Positions 1 through 10,868 are shown, counted from the stretch's first letter. The stretch: DNA of 64,000 nucleotides from Snowella sp. (GCA_035285545.1 JAYKGY010000026.1:1-64000), one strand, 5' to 3'. Numbers and translations: made by a program. The notes: generated from the letters alone by a model not told the origin.

Positions 1-53
1 CTCGCATCTGTTGTCTTTTTTAGAAAATCATCTAGCTCTTCTATCAAGTTCAT
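1..53 (-). CDS. Partial N-terminus of a probable IS630-family transposase
   Basis: Manual translation from ATG at 53 gives MNLIEELDDFLKKTTDAR..., resembling N-termini of cyanobacterial IS630 HTH transposases. Only 18 codons are visible. Confidence 0.5.
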   Translation of the reverse strand, partial: MNLIEELDDFLKKTTDA

Positions 54-125
54 GATTTTAACCCTTTACTTTTGTCCCTCTCTCATTTCTATTATATCTG
101 TTACAAATCGTTTAGGATTGCTATA
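1..125 (-). mobile_element. Left end of a probable IS630-family insertion sequence; the element continues off the window start
   Basis: The reverse complement of 101-125 reads TATAGCAATCCTAAACGATTTGTAA, a TA-starting end resembling cyanobacterial IS630/MITE termini as I recall them. An ORF starts 72 nt inside this end. Confidence 0.55.
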
Positions 126-165
126 ACAGAACGAGGCATAGCAATTAAATTCGTTAATCAAAATA

Positions 166-459
166 TTAAGTTAGCGATCGCTGAAAAGACATTTGAAAAC
201 CAAGCGAGGAAACAATTCGATAAACAGTTGAAAAATGAGGATTGTCAGATTCCGACAAAGCTTTATATAAACTTTCTTGACCTAGTTGAGTCTCTTCTAC
301 AATCTGGCTCGTTCCTTGACTAGCTCGAATCACATTTTTCAAAGCCAAGAAAAATTCTTCTGGTGAACCATCCTGAAGCGCATCATTAAGATAAAGAGCG
401 GCATATTCTGGATCTTGTAAATCACCATCCAAAATCTCGTGCATATCTTTCAACTTCAT
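166..459 (-). CDS. Addiction-module antidote protein (HTH antitoxin)
   Basis: LQDPEYAALYLNDAL...ALKNVIRA...ESLYKALSESDNPHFSTV is typical of HI1420-like antidotes. It overlaps the toxin 3' end; ATG at 459. Confidence 0.85.
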   Translation of the reverse strand: MKLKDMHEILDGDLQDPEYAALYLNDALQDGSPEEFFLALKNVIRASQGTSQIVEETQLGQESLYKALSESDNPHFSTVYRIVSSLGFQMSFQRSLT

Positions 460-778
460 TTTTGTACTGCCTCCACATTTCTTGAGCTTTAAAAATATCT
501 TTTTGCTGACTACTTTTGTCACCCCCTGCAATCAAAATGACAACAGAATTACCTAAACGAGTGAAATAAATTCGATAGCCAGCACCGAACTGTAACCTTA
601 ATTCATAAACGCCTTCACCAACCGATTTTGTATCTCCAAAATTGCCAAGCTCAAGTCGGTCTAAACACCGTCGAACTCTTACTTTGGTCACTTTATCTTT
701 TAGAGAATCATACCATTCCCGAAAAGGGCTTTTTCCTGCATCGGTTTCCAGTAATTTAATCTGAATAGGCGCTTCCAT
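422..778 (-). CDS. Type II TA toxin, RelE/ParE superfamily (addiction-module killer protein)
   Basis: GKSPFREWYDSLKD...GNFGDTKSVGEGVYELRLQFGAGYRIYF...GGDKSSQQKDI; toxin-first gene order. Confidence 0.88.
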   Translation of the reverse strand: MEAPIQIKLLETDAGKSPFREWYDSLKDKVTKVRVRRCLDRLELGNFGDTKSVGEGVYELRLQFGAGYRIYFTRLGNSVVILIAGGDKSSQQKDIFKAQEMWRQYKNEVERYARDFGW

Positions 779-830
779 CTCATTATTATATCTCTGCAAT
801 ACAGAAGAGCCAATTTTACTGTAAATTCAC

Positions 831-882
831 GAACTCGGTTATGAACTCAGTTATGAACTCAGGTTTGCTCAGATTTGAACTC
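831..882 (+). repeat. Short direct repeats with a GAACTC(A/G)G core and ~12-bp period, probably a protein-binding site array
   Basis: gaactcggttat gaactcagttat gaactcaggttt gctcagattt gaactc, read directly. Confidence 0.7.
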
Positions 883-930
883 CAATAGACAGGTGATTTT
901 ATAAAAGAGTCCAGATTACACGTATAACGA

Positions 931-1104
931 ATGAAAATGATTCAAGCTCAAGCGACTCAAGAGATGATCCCTATTGATGCTCAAACCCTTGTCAAACATG
1001 GTGATTCTCCTACGGCGATTATTTTAGCGATCGCGATTTTACTTTTTCTGTCTTGCAACGGATTAACCGCACTCATTCAAACTATTTTGCAATCAAAAAA
1101 ATAG
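931..1104 (+). CDS. Small 57-aa single-TM hypothetical protein (below the ORF-track cut-off)
   Basis: Manual translation: MKMIQAQATQEMIPIDAQTLVKHGDSPTAIILAIAILLFLSCNGLTALIQTILQSKK. It has a hydrophobic helix, and a HIP1 site encodes the AIA. Confidence 0.6.
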   Translation: MKMIQAQATQEMIPIDAQTLVKHGDSPTAIILAIAILLFLSCNGLTALIQTILQSKK

Positions 1105-1155
1105 AGCTTTGCACAATCATAATGGCTCAATTCGGTGATTAAATTAACCTAAAGC

Positions 1156-3327
1156 CTATTGAGCCATAAAAACCAAAGACGATCGCGCAGGAACCGGATA
1201 GCGATCGGTCATGACAATTGGGGCGATCTCCAACTCACAGAAGTCTAAGGGAGAATTTAAAGACGTATCAATAATGCGATACCAGTGTTTTCCTTTTCCC
1301 AAAGGCGGTAATTCAAACAAAAGCGGTCGCCAATAGGCATTTAGGATAACGTGGAGTTGTTCTTGCGCCTGGGGATGGTGGAGGGTAAAGGCCAAACTGT
1401 GGGAATCATACGACCAATCAGGTTGCCCAAAATAAACGCCATGCCAAGTAATGTGCGGTTTAGGATGATTGTAAGTTTGTTCTAGGTAGGTACTTTTTAA
1501 GTCTGTCACATCGATCGCGCTACGGTCAGATTCTTGCCAATCGTAACTGTCTAAAGGCAAGACATCCAAAATGGTCTCTTCTTGAAAAATGGCAAGAGAT
1601 TGGGTTAAACGGATAATACCGCGCACAAAATGGGTTTCATCGATGTGGCTTTCTTCCCCTTCCCAATCAAACCAACTGAGTTCATTATCTTGGCAGTAGG
1701 CGTTATTATTGCCCTTTTGGGTTCGTCGCACCGGATCGCCCATCACCATCATGGGAGTCCCTTGGGAGAAAAAGAGAATGGTAAAAAAGTTTTTAATTTG
1801 TCGCAGACGCAGCGCATTAACATCAGGATTATCGGTTTCGCCCTCTACGCCGCAATTCCAACTCCAATTATCGTTAGAACCATCCCGATTATCTTCCCCA
1901 TTGGCTTCGTTGTGTTTCTCGTTATAGGACACTAAATCATTCATGGTAAAGCCATCATGACAGGTAACAAAATTAATACTGCGATTAATATCCGTATCCT
2001 GACGATAATAAATATCGGGACTCCCCAACAGGCGATCGCTGAGCCGTTTCACCATGCCACAATCCCCCCGCACAAACCGCCGCACATCATCACGGAAAGG
2101 GCCATTCCACTCCGCAAACCAATCGGCTAACTCGACAAATTTTCCCACACTGTATAAACCCGCCGCATCCCAAGCCTCTGCAATTAACTTTGTCCCTGCT
2201 AAAATGGGATCGGATTCAATAGCCCAGATAATATTTGCGGTTCCGCCTTCTTCCCCCTGAAATGGGTTGCCATCAATATCTCTCGCAAAGACCGAGGCCA
2301 AATCAAAGCGAAAGCCATCAACATGCATCACAGAAACCCAATAGCGCAGACAATCGAGAATTAAGCCCCCGACCACAGGATGATTGGCTTTAACACTATT
2401 ACCGCACCCACTGTAATTTGAGTAATACTGCTTATCATTCTCCAAAATATAGTAAGTGTCGTTATCAATGCCTCGAAAGGATAGGGTTGGGCCCTTTTCA
2501 TTGCCCTCTGCTGTATGGTTGAAAACCACGTCCAAAATGACTTCAATGCCCGCTTTATGGAGAGCTTTGACCATATCCCGAAATTCATCGACGGGGCCAA
2601 GGGGATCTTGACGGGAACTATAGCCGCGATGGGGTGCAAAGAAGCCAATCGTACTATATCCCCAATAATTTTTTAGCCCTGGCTGGGCATCCTCACTGTC
2701 AAAATAATGGACGGGTAACAGTTCAACCGTTGTAATTCCCAATTCTTTGAGATAGGGGATTTTTTCAATTAGTCCCGCATAGGTTCCCCGTTTTTCAGAT
2801 GGCAAACCAGAGTTGGGATTTTTGGTAAAACCGCCGACATGGAGTTCATAGATCACACTAGAAGCATAGGGAATCCGTAGGGGCGTATCGCCTTCCCAGT
2901 CGTAGCTATCAGCCTTGGAGTTGACGACCACACCGCGCAATGCCGAGGCACAATTGTCCACCCCAAAGAGCATGGCTTGTTTGCGATCATAAATTTCTTC
3001 GCCCACGATCGCTTTGGCATAGGGGTCTAATAACACTTTGCTACTATCGAACCGATGCCCTTTTTTGGGATAGTAGGGGCCATGAACCCGATAAGCGTAA
3101 ACTTGTCCTTCTTTTAGCCCTTCGACTAATAAATGCCAATAATAGAAGGTTTTGTTCTGTTTAGGATCGAAAGCAATGATGCGGGAAGGCTTAGGATCAT
3201 TAGGAGCATCAAATAACAGTAATTCGACTTGGGTTGCGTGCTTGGAAAACAGACAAAAATTGACCCCTTCTTTAAATACTGTTGCGCCTAAAGGAGAGGT
3301 TTGACCAGAACGAATATCATTATCCAT
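1156..3327 (-). CDS. glgX: Glycogen debranching enzyme / isoamylase (GH13)
   Basis: PLGATV..GVNF, IYELHVGGFT, NYWGY, DVVFNHTAEG, DGFRFDLAS, IAEAWD, NFVTCHDGFT, GNNNAYCQDN. Confidence 0.95.
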   Translation of the reverse strand: MDNDIRSGQTSPLGATVFKEGVNFCLFSKHATQVELLLFDAPNDPKPSRIIAFDPKQNKTFYYWHLLVEGLKEGQVYAYRVHGPYYPKKGHRFDSSKVLLDPYAKAIVGEEIYDRKQAMLFGVDNCASALRGVVVNSKADSYDWEGDTPLRIPYASSVIYELHVGGFTKNPNSGLPSEKRGTYAGLIEKIPYLKELGITTVELLPVHYFDSEDAQPGLKNYWGYSTIGFFAPHRGYSSRQDPLGPVDEFRDMVKALHKAGIEVILDVVFNHTAEGNEKGPTLSFRGIDNDTYYILENDKQYYSNYSGCGNSVKANHPVVGGLILDCLRYWVSVMHVDGFRFDLASVFARDIDGNPFQGEEGGTANIIWAIESDPILAGTKLIAEAWDAAGLYSVGKFVELADWFAEWNGPFRDDVRRFVRGDCGMVKRLSDRLLGSPDIYYRQDTDINRSINFVTCHDGFTMNDLVSYNEKHNEANGEDNRDGSNDNWSWNCGVEGETDNPDVNALRLRQIKNFFTILFFSQGTPMMVMGDPVRRTQKGNNNAYCQDNELSWFDWEGEESHIDETHFVRGIIRLTQSLAIFQEETILDVLPLDSYDWQESDRSAIDVTDLKSTYLEQTYNHPKPHITWHGVYFGQPDWSYDSHSLAFTLHHPQAQEQLHVILNAYWRPLLFELPPLGKGKHWYRIIDTSLNSPLDFCELEIAPIVMTDRYPVPARSSLVFMAQ

Positions 3328-3670
3328 ATCAATTGCGCGATCGCGCTTGGTGGGTGAAGAGGCTAACCCTTATTATTCCTCTGGAATGAAGCTTGCGTCA
3401 ATTCTAAACTTAATCAAACGTTGATGGATGAAACAACCAATTCACGGTTTATTTTTAATCTTTAATTTAAATGGCTGATGAATCCCAGGAATTCATTGAC
3501 TAATTAAACAATTAATTTGGGTTAAAATGCTTTATTTGGTTGTTATTTTAATTAAGTTTTATTAAGGATCTAATTGTCGGATCTAAAATGATCTTCAGAA
3601 ACTTGTAATAGACATGCTAGCTTAAGAAAAAAGTTAATACAAATTGGGATATTTATTAAAAATACTTGTT

Positions 3671-4249
3671 ATGAAAATTCATCGAATTTCCTGTGCTACA
3701 TTGATGGCTATTGCTTCGTTAGGAATTACGATCGCGGCTCAGGCTGATACCGTAACTGCTCGTTGTGATGTTTATCCTAAAGGTGAAGATAAGGCAACTT
3801 ATAGTGGATTGTGTACTTTTTCTCAGCGTCAAGGAATTGTGGGGATTCAGTTAAATAATGGCAAAGGGAAACGATATGATTTAATACCTGCGGACAATCA
3901 ACCCAATCGTTATCGAGATGAACAAGGGAAAGCTGCTACACGAGAACTCAGCGATCGCGGACAGATTTATCGCTTAGTAACGGAATCTATTTTTGTTTAT
4001 TGGGATACGACTCCCTACGACCAACAATCGAATAACCCGACCCAGACTTAACAGCAATCGGCCAACATGGCGACAACCATCGTGTCGAAAGGGCCAAATC
4101 AACTGGCAATGACGATTCATGAAAAAGAAAGCGAATTTCATTTTTCTGGGTTATTAAACAAAATAACGGACAATACCTTTATGGGGGAAGATGAACAGGT
4201 TCGCGTAATTTATGATCAAAAAACAGGGCGCGTGATAGTTAGCAATTGA
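3671..4249 (+). pseudogene. Secreted cyanobacterial hypothetical protein split by an in-frame TAA (4049-4051); the 3671-4051 part may still be expressed
   Basis: Signal peptide (MKIHRISCATLMAIASLGITIAAQA). ORF 4067-4249 is in the same frame, reading TAA-CAG-CAA-TCG-GCC-AAC-ATG. Confidence 0.55.
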
Positions 4250-4397
4250 AACTTTAATGGTGATGGGCAGATTCGTTAGAATACGAAATAGGGGAAGAAT
4301 GTTTAACAAAAATAGTGGATTAGTTAGAATGCTCCCCTGAAATTCCTACCTCCCGATTACGTCCATTAATTGAGAAATTGGAACAGGAGTCCAGATT

Positions 4398-6722
4398 ATG
4401 GATACCCTAACCCTAAAATTGCGGGGAATGAGTTGTGCGGCTTGTGCTGCCAACATAGAAAGAGCCATTCGTTCAGTGCCCGGCGTGCTAGAAGGGCAAG
4501 TTAACTTTGGCATGGAACAGGCAACAGTGCAGTATGATCCCCAAACGACTAACACGGAAATGATTCAAAAAGCCGTTGAGCGGGCGGGTTATCAAGCGGC
4601 TCCTTTACAAGAGATTGTTACCTTAACCGTAGAAGATGAAGAAGATAAACGCATCCGTCACACTCAAACCCGTGAATTAAAACGCAAAATCTGGGTTGGC
4701 GGCATTTTAAGCATTATTTTAGTAGTCGGTTCATTGCCCATGATGACGGGGTGGCATCTGCCCTGGATTCCTGCTTGGTTGCATAACCCCTGGTTGCAGT
4801 TAGCCTTAACAACGCCGGTACAATTTTGGTGCGGAAATACTTTTTATATCGGGGCTTGGAAATCCTTTAAACGCCACACTGCAACAATGGATACCTTGAT
4901 CACCCTGGGGACGATCGCGGCCTATGGCTATTCTCTTTTTGCAACCATTTACCCGCAATTTTTTATTAATCAAGGCTTAGAAGCCCATGTGTATTATGAA
5001 GTGTCCGCCAGTGTCATTACCTTAATATTATTGGGTCGTTTCTTTGAACATCGTGCTAGGGGAGAAACCTCAGAAGCTATTCGTAAATTAATGGGATTGC
5101 AGGCAAAAACAGCTCGTGTGCTGCGTCAAGGGCAAGAAATCGATGTGGCGATCGCGGAAGTGATGCTAGGGGATATTATCCTAGTGCGACCAGGGGAGAA
5201 AATTCCAGTCGATGGGGTCGTTACCCAGGGTTCCTCCACAGTCGATGAAGCAATGGTAACGGGGGAAAGTGTCCCGGCTAAAAAATCCGTCGGTGATGAG
5301 ATCATTGGCGCAACCATTAACCAAACGGGCAGTTTTCAATTTCGCGCCACACGAGTCGGCAAGGATACGGTATTAGCCCAAATTGTGAAGCTAGTTCAAC
5401 AAGCCCAAGGCTCTAAGGCTCCTATTCAAAAATTAGCCGATCGCATTACCCAATGGTTTGTGCCAATCGTATTAGCGATCGCGATCTTGACCTTTGTGAT
5501 CTGGTTTAACGTCATGGGGAATGTCAGTTTAGCCCTGATTACCGCCGTTGAAGTCCTGATTATTGCCTGTCCTTGCGCTCTTGGACTGGCTACGCCGACT
5601 TCAATTATGGTGGGAACGGGACGGGGGGCAGAAAACGGGATTCTGATTAAAGGAGCCGAAAGTTTAGAGTTAGCCCATAAAATTAATACAATTGTTTTTG
5701 ATAAAACGGGAACCCTAACCCAGGGCAAACCAACGGTTACCGACTTTGCGACCCTGAAGGGCATCACGGACGGCAACGAGTTAAATCTCATCCAATTCAT
5801 TGCCTCCGTAGAACAGTATTCAGAACATCCCCTAGCCGCCGCTATTGTCCGTTATGCCGAATCTCAGCAAGTTAAGTTACAACCCGCCACAGACTTTGAA
5901 GCGATCGCGGGGAGTGGGGTACAAGGCCGAGTTCAGGGAAAATGGGTACAAATTGGAACGCAACGTTGGCTAACGGATTTAGGCATTGATACTAAACCCT
6001 TGCAACATTATCAACGGGATTGGGAAAACGCCCAAAAAACGGTGATTTTTGTTGCCATTGATCAAGAACTTCAAGCCGTCATGGGCATTGCCGATGCTTT
6101 AAAACCTACCTCAGTCAAAGCCGTCCGAACCTTACAAAAGATGGGCTTAGAAGTAGTCATGTTAACGGGAGATAATCAATCCACCGCCCACGCGATCGCG
6201 CAGGAAGTCGGCATTACCCACGTTCTCGCCGAAGTGCGCCCCGATCAAAAAGCGGCTAAGATTCAGACATTACAACAGGAATCGGTTAATCGTTCTCTGT
6301 CTAAGCCTCGCTTTTGGTGGAAAGCCAAAAACAGGAATCAACCCCAGGCAATTGTGGCAATGGTGGGGGATGGGATTAATGATGCCCCTGCCCTGGCTCA
6401 AGCCGATGTGGGCATTGCCATTGGCACCGGAACCGATATCGCGATCGCGGCTTCCGACATCACCCTCATTTCTGGGGATTTACAAGGCGTGATTACGGCT
6501 ATTGAACTGAGCAAAGCCACCATGCAAAATATTCGACAGAATCTATTTTTTGCTTATATTTACAATATTTTAGGAATTCCCATTGCCGCAGGGATTTTAT
6601 TTCCCTTTTTGGGGTGGTTGTTAAATCCGGTGATTGCCGGGGGCGCGATGGCCTTTAGTTCCGTTTCCGTGGTGACCAATGCCCTACGATTACGCAAATT
6701 CAAACCCAAATTTACGATTTAA
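4398..6722 (+). CDS. pacS: Copper-translocating P1B-1 ATPase (PacS-like)
   Basis: N-terminal GMSCAAC metal-binding domain, [35 protein letters not shown], and YN..MAFSS Cu+ signature. PacS versus another paralog is not resolved. Confidence 0.85.
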   Translation: MDTLTLKLRGMSCAACAANIERAIRSVPGVLEGQVNFGMEQATVQYDPQTTNTEMIQKAVERAGYQAAPLQEIVTLTVEDEEDKRIRHTQTRELKRKIWVGGILSIILVVGSLPMMTGWHLPWIPAWLHNPWLQLALTTPVQFWCGNTFYIGAWKSFKRHTATMDTLITLGTIAAYGYSLFATIYPQFFINQGLEAHVYYEVSASVITLILLGRFFEHRARGETSEAIRKLMGLQAKTARVLRQGQEIDVAIAEVMLGDIILVRPGEKIPVDGVVTQGSSTVDEAMVTGESVPAKKSVGDEIIGATINQTGSFQFRATRVGKDTVLAQIVKLVQQAQGSKAPIQKLADRITQWFVPIVLAIAILTFVIWFNVMGNVSLALITAVEVLIIACPCALGLATPTSIMVGTGRGAENGILIKGAESLELAHKINTIVFDKTGTLTQGKPTVTDFATLKGITDGNELNLIQFIASVEQYSEHPLAAAIVRYAESQQVKLQPATDFEAIAGSGVQGRVQGKWVQIGTQRWLTDLGIDTKPLQHYQRDWENAQKTVIFVAIDQELQAVMGIADALKPTSVKAVRTLQKMGLEVVMLTGDNQSTAHAIAQEVGITHVLAEVRPDQKAAKIQTLQQESVNRSLSKPRFWWKAKNRNQPQAIVAMVGDGINDAPALAQADVGIAIGTGTDIAIAASDITLISGDLQGVITAIELSKATMQNIRQNLFFAYIYNILGIPIAAGILFPFLGWLLNPVIAGGAMAFSSVSVVTNALRLRKFKPKFTI

Positions 6723-6730
6723 TCTTCAAA

Positions 6731-6955
6731 ATGCCTATTAAACACTGGATTTTTGCTATTTTCTTAAGCTTAGGTATAACCATTAATCTGATACCTAAAC
6801 TGTCGGCAATGGAAACAATGGGAAAAACGGCTCAACCTCAATTTCAGAAGATTGAACAACCTTGGGAATTAAAAACAGTTATAACACTAGGTGGTTTAGC
6901 CTTAGTTGGGCTGGAATTATGGTGGTTTTTAGGAAGTAAGTCGAAGGAAATATAA
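6731..6955 (+). CDS. Small membrane protein associated with the Cu-ATPase
   Basis: Starts 8 nt after the ATPase stop. FQKIEQP..LKTVITLGGLALVGLELWWFL resembles the membrane anchor of cyanobacterial cupredoxin-domain proteins. Confidence 0.65.
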   Translation: MPIKHWIFAIFLSLGITINLIPKLSAMETMGKTAQPQFQKIEQPWELKTVITLGGLALVGLELWWFLGSKSKEI

Positions 6956-7024
6956 AAAAAGGCAGTATTGCCGCCAAAACTCAGTAAAGTGTTATTGGTT
7001 ACGTTGAAAGATGGGAGATAAATC

Positions 7025-8734
7025 ATGAGCTATCGCATGGATCGCCGCGCCTATGCCGAAACCTATGGGCCAACGGTGGGGGATAAAGTTCGTTTGGCCG
7101 ATACGGAACTGATTATCGAAGTCGAACAGGATTTTACAACCTACGGTGATGAGGTCAAATTCGGGGGCGGCAAGGTCATTCGGGATGGGATGGGCCAATC
7201 TCCCATTTCCCGTGCTGATGGCGCAATGGATTTAGTCATTACCAATGCGCTGATTCTCGATTGGTGGGGCATCGTTAAAGCGGATGTCGGTATTAAAAAC
7301 GGCAGAATTGAAGGAATTGGTAAAGCCGGAAATCCCCATACCCAAGATAACGTAACCCTGATTATTGGCCCCGCGACGGAAATTGTCGCAGGGGAAGGCA
7401 TGATCCTCACCGCAGGAGGCATTGATGCCCATATTCACTTCATTTGTCCCCAGCAGGTTGAAACCGCGATCGCGTCGGGAATCACCACCATGATCGGCGG
7501 AGGAACAGGCCCCGCAACGGGAACGAATGCCACAACCTGTACTCCAGGGGAATGGAATATGTACCGAATGTTGCAAGCGGCCGATGCCTTCCCTGTGAAT
7601 TTAGGATTTTTAGGCAAAGGAAACAGTAGCCAACCCGAAGGATTAATCGAACAGGTCAAAGCGGGCGCGATCGGTCTAAAGCTCCATGAAGATTGGGGAA
7701 CAACTCCTGCAACCATTGATACCTGCTTAAGCGTTGCCGATAAATACGATATTCAAGTGGCGATCCATACCGACACCCTCAACGAAGCGGGCTTTGTGGA
7801 AGCAACCATTGGCGCACTGAAAAATCGCGTCATTCATACCTACCACACCGAAGGCGCAGGGGGCGGCCATGCCCCTGACATCATCAAAATTTGTGGGGAA
7901 GCCAACGTTTTACCCTCTTCCACGAATCCCACTCGTCCCTATACCCTCAACACCTTAGAAGAACACTTGGATATGTTGATGGTCTGCCATCACCTTGACC
8001 GCAGCATTCCCGAAGATGTGGCCTTTGCTGAATCCCGTATTCGTAGAGAAACGATCGCGGCGGAAGATATTTTGCACGACTTAGGAGCATTCAGTATGAT
8101 CTCTTCGGACTCTCAGGCGATGGGACGGGTGGGGGAAATTATTATTCGCACCTGGCAAACGGCCCACAAAATGAAGGTACAACGGGGTCAGTTAAGCGAA
8201 GAAACGGGCGATAACGATAATCTACGGGCTAAACGCTATGTCGCTAAATTCACGATTAATCCTGCCATTACCCACGGTATTTCCGATCAAGTGGGTTCGG
8301 TAGAAAAAGGAAAGTTAGCGGATCTTTGTTTATGGCGGCCTTCTTTCTTTGGCGTTAAACCTGAAATTGTGATTAAGGGCGGCATGATTGCCTGGGCACA
8401 AATGGGAGATGCCAATGCTAGTATCCCGACTCCCCAGCCTGTTCATATGCGACCCATGTTTGGGAGTTTTGGCGGTGCGATGACGGCTACTTCAGTAACC
8501 TTTATGTCCCAAGCTTCAATAAAAGCGGGGATTCCTGAACGATTAGGGTTACAAAAAACGGCAGTCCCCGTTGGTAATATTCGTACCCTAAGTAAGGCGA
8601 GTATGAAGCTAAATAATTTGTTGCCCCAAATTGAAGTTGATCCCGAAACCTATCAGGTTAGAGCAAATGGAGAGTTGTTAACCTGCGAACCCGCAACGGT
8701 TTTACCAATGGCTCAACGTTATTTTTTATTTTAA
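7025..8734 (+). CDS. ureC: Urease subunit alpha
   Basis: [78 protein letters not shown]. Confidence 0.98.
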   Translation: MSYRMDRRAYAETYGPTVGDKVRLADTELIIEVEQDFTTYGDEVKFGGGKVIRDGMGQSPISRADGAMDLVITNALILDWWGIVKADVGIKNGRIEGIGKAGNPHTQDNVTLIIGPATEIVAGEGMILTAGGIDAHIHFICPQQVETAIASGITTMIGGGTGPATGTNATTCTPGEWNMYRMLQAADAFPVNLGFLGKGNSSQPEGLIEQVKAGAIGLKLHEDWGTTPATIDTCLSVADKYDIQVAIHTDTLNEAGFVEATIGALKNRVIHTYHTEGAGGGHAPDIIKICGEANVLPSSTNPTRPYTLNTLEEHLDMLMVCHHLDRSIPEDVAFAESRIRRETIAAEDILHDLGAFSMISSDSQAMGRVGEIIIRTWQTAHKMKVQRGQLSEETGDNDNLRAKRYVAKFTINPAITHGISDQVGSVEKGKLADLCLWRPSFFGVKPEIVIKGGMIAWAQMGDANASIPTPQPVHMRPMFGSFGGAMTATSVTFMSQASIKAGIPERLGLQKTAVPVGNIRTLSKASMKLNNLLPQIEVDPETYQVRANGELLTCEPATVLPMAQRYFLF

Positions 8735-9113
8735 TATCGTTTTCAATGTGCCCTTAAGCAATAATTATTCAATGGTCAATACTGTAGTTCAATTTTTCTC
8801 ATGACTGAAAACAATGAATAATTTAAAATAGATATTTTTATTTCCTTTTTGAGAATGAGGTGTTGTCGTAACCTAAATTACCAAAAGTTTAATCCAAATC
8901 ACTCTCATTTTTTATCGTTTTAAATATTATCAATAATATGGCGATAAACTATTGACAAAAGACCACTATTTTGCAAAAAAAATCAATAAGAGAGCTTTGA
9001 GAGAAGTTTTTAATACATTTGATTTACAAAAAAGCTGATTTTTAATATTGCATATAAATTTTGCTACCGAATGTTTTATCAAATTAATTTCAGTTATTTT
9101 AAACCGTATTTTT

Positions 9114-10349
9114 ATGTCAGAAAAATCTATTAAAGAGTTTGCTAGAATCATTAAAACATTTTCATCAAATTCCACAAGCTACCTTCCCATTTGTAATATT
9201 TCTTTTTTTCTCGGTGCTGGGTTCTCAAAAGCATGGGATCAACGTTCTCCAATTGGTTCAGAACTTTTCGATCTAAATACTTCTACTGATCTCAATGCTA
9301 AAAAATATGATGTATTTAAACTTCCTGATCTTCTCAGCCAATTTTTAATATCTCATGATTATTATAGTGTCAGACCTCATCCAAAAGAACTACAATTGAA
9401 GGATATTATGTACAATTTATCAATGCAGCTTAAATATCCTGATTTACGTTCAAGATATATCGATGCTCAAAATATTCAACTTATCATTAATGAAATTAAA
9501 AGTTTTATTCAGCAAAAATTTGAAAACATTACAGAAATCAATTATTTTGATGAAAAATTATCTAGATTTCCATATCCAAATAACTTAAATGAAGACCAAC
9601 GGGCAATTCTAAATTTCTTTAAAACTATTTTATCCGATACATATTCAGATAGAAGTAGAGGTATCTATGAAGGTATTAGATCTGATTTTATTACTACCAA
9701 CTATGATTTTACAATTGAAACAATATTAAATTACATTTGGGGTGAAGATGATAGTATTTTTCTTTATATTTATAGAGGCATTACACCTGAAGAAATTTGT
9801 GGCTGTCATCCTTATAGTCGAATAGTTTCTCACGATTATGGGCTTACCAAGAATCTTATCAAGATAAACGGTGGTTTTGAAATTCTTGCCAATGAAAATT
9901 TTTATAAACTTGAATATAGAAAACGAAAAACGGAAGATATATTAAAAAATCCACCCCAAATAATGCTGCCTAACAAGGAACAAGATTATACTGACAATTA
10001 TTTTAAAGCAGTATTTCCAAAAGCAGTAAGATTACTGCAAGAAAGTCAGGTGTTAGTAATTGTTGGTTATAGTATGCCAGAAGAGGATTCACTTATTAGA
10101 ATCTTATTAAGACAATTTGCTGAAAAATCAGAAGATTTATTGTTTAAAAACATATTTTATATAACTGGAAAAGAAAGAAAAAATGAAGATTATGAAAAAA
10201 CTTATGATGAAAGATATCAAAAACTAAAGCAATTAATATTAAGTTTATATCCATATTTAAACAATAAAAAACAATTATTGTCTTCTATTTTTATATATCC
10301 AGGGCATTTTTGTGATTGGGCCAAAGGAGTTATTGAAGAATTAACATAA
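9114..10349 (+). CDS. SIR2-like domain protein (SIR2_2 type), putative NADase / defence effector
   Basis: FFLGAGFS, FITTNYD, LIKINGG, IMLP.KE, LVIVGYS..EED in the order expected for SIR2-like folds. AT-rich. ATG at 9114 chosen; an upstream TTG at 9048 is possible. Confidence 0.7.
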   Translation: MSEKSIKEFARIIKTFSSNSTSYLPICNISFFLGAGFSKAWDQRSPIGSELFDLNTSTDLNAKKYDVFKLPDLLSQFLISHDYYSVRPHPKELQLKDIMYNLSMQLKYPDLRSRYIDAQNIQLIINEIKSFIQQKFENITEINYFDEKLSRFPYPNNLNEDQRAILNFFKTILSDTYSDRSRGIYEGIRSDFITTNYDFTIETILNYIWGEDDSIFLYIYRGITPEEICGCHPYSRIVSHDYGLTKNLIKINGGFEILANENFYKLEYRKRKTEDILKNPPQIMLPNKEQDYTDNYFKAVFPKAVRLLQESQVLVIVGYSMPEEDSLIRILLRQFAEKSEDLLFKNIFYITGKERKNEDYEKTYDERYQKLKQLILSLYPYLNNKKQLLSSIFIYPGHFCDWAKGVIEELT

Positions 10350-10369
10350 TTTTTAGTTTTTAAGTGTTT

Positions 10370-10588
10370 TTAAATGATGATAAACGCTGACTTTGCTAAT
10401 AAATTTTCTGCATCACTAAGTTGACCATATTTATCTTGAACATAAAGATAACCTTTAATAGCATCCTTAATATTTTCAATCGCTTCATTCATCGTTTTTC
10501 CTTGGCTAACACAACCAGGTAAAACTGGTACTTCTGCAATATAACCTTCATATTCAGAGTCAAACGTAAAAATAACTTGGTATTTCAT
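10370..10588 (-). CDS. hicB: HicB-family antitoxin (no adjacent hicA)
   Basis: GYIAEVPVLPGCVSQGKTMNEAIENIKDAIKGYL. Confidence 0.85.
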   Translation of the reverse strand: MKYQVIFTFDSEYEGYIAEVPVLPGCVSQGKTMNEAIENIKDAIKGYLYVQDKYGQLSDAENLLAKSAFIII

Positions 10589-10655
10589 AATTAAAGCGTT
10601 AAAATAAGAGAAAAATGATGAAAATTATTGCAATAAATGTATTTTACTTAAAGGA

Positions 10656-10868
10656 TTGACTAATATGGAATCTACTATCAATGAACAAAGAACTAAAGAA
10701 CTACTAACTGAAATTTTAATCGAAATGATGCAAACAAAACGAGAAGTATTTTATGAAATTGTTCTAGAAGCTCTTGAAGAAATTGGTTTAGCTAATGCCA
10801 TTACGGAAGGTCGAAATAACGAATTTGTTCCAGAAACAGAAATTTTTGCAATTTTAGATGAACAATAA
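10656..10868 (+). CDS. Putative antitoxin of the downstream RelE toxin
   Basis: Small acidic protein (EALEEIGLANAITEGRNNEFVPETEIFAIL) ending 2 nt before the toxin start. Confidence 0.7.
   Translation: MTNMESTINEQRTKELLTEILIEMMQTKREVFYEIVLEALEEIGLANAITEGRNNEFVPETEIFAILDEQ

Noticed and set aside
831..882. Possible CRISPR array
   Set aside because: Units are ~12 bp with no unique spacers and no cas genes.
6988..7001. GTG-N8-TAC as an NtcA site before ureC
   Set aside because: Non-consensus, and there is no room for a correctly spaced -10 before the ATG.
7025..8734. ureC without ureAB or accessory genes
   Set aside because: Urease genes are commonly scattered in unicellular cyanobacteria.
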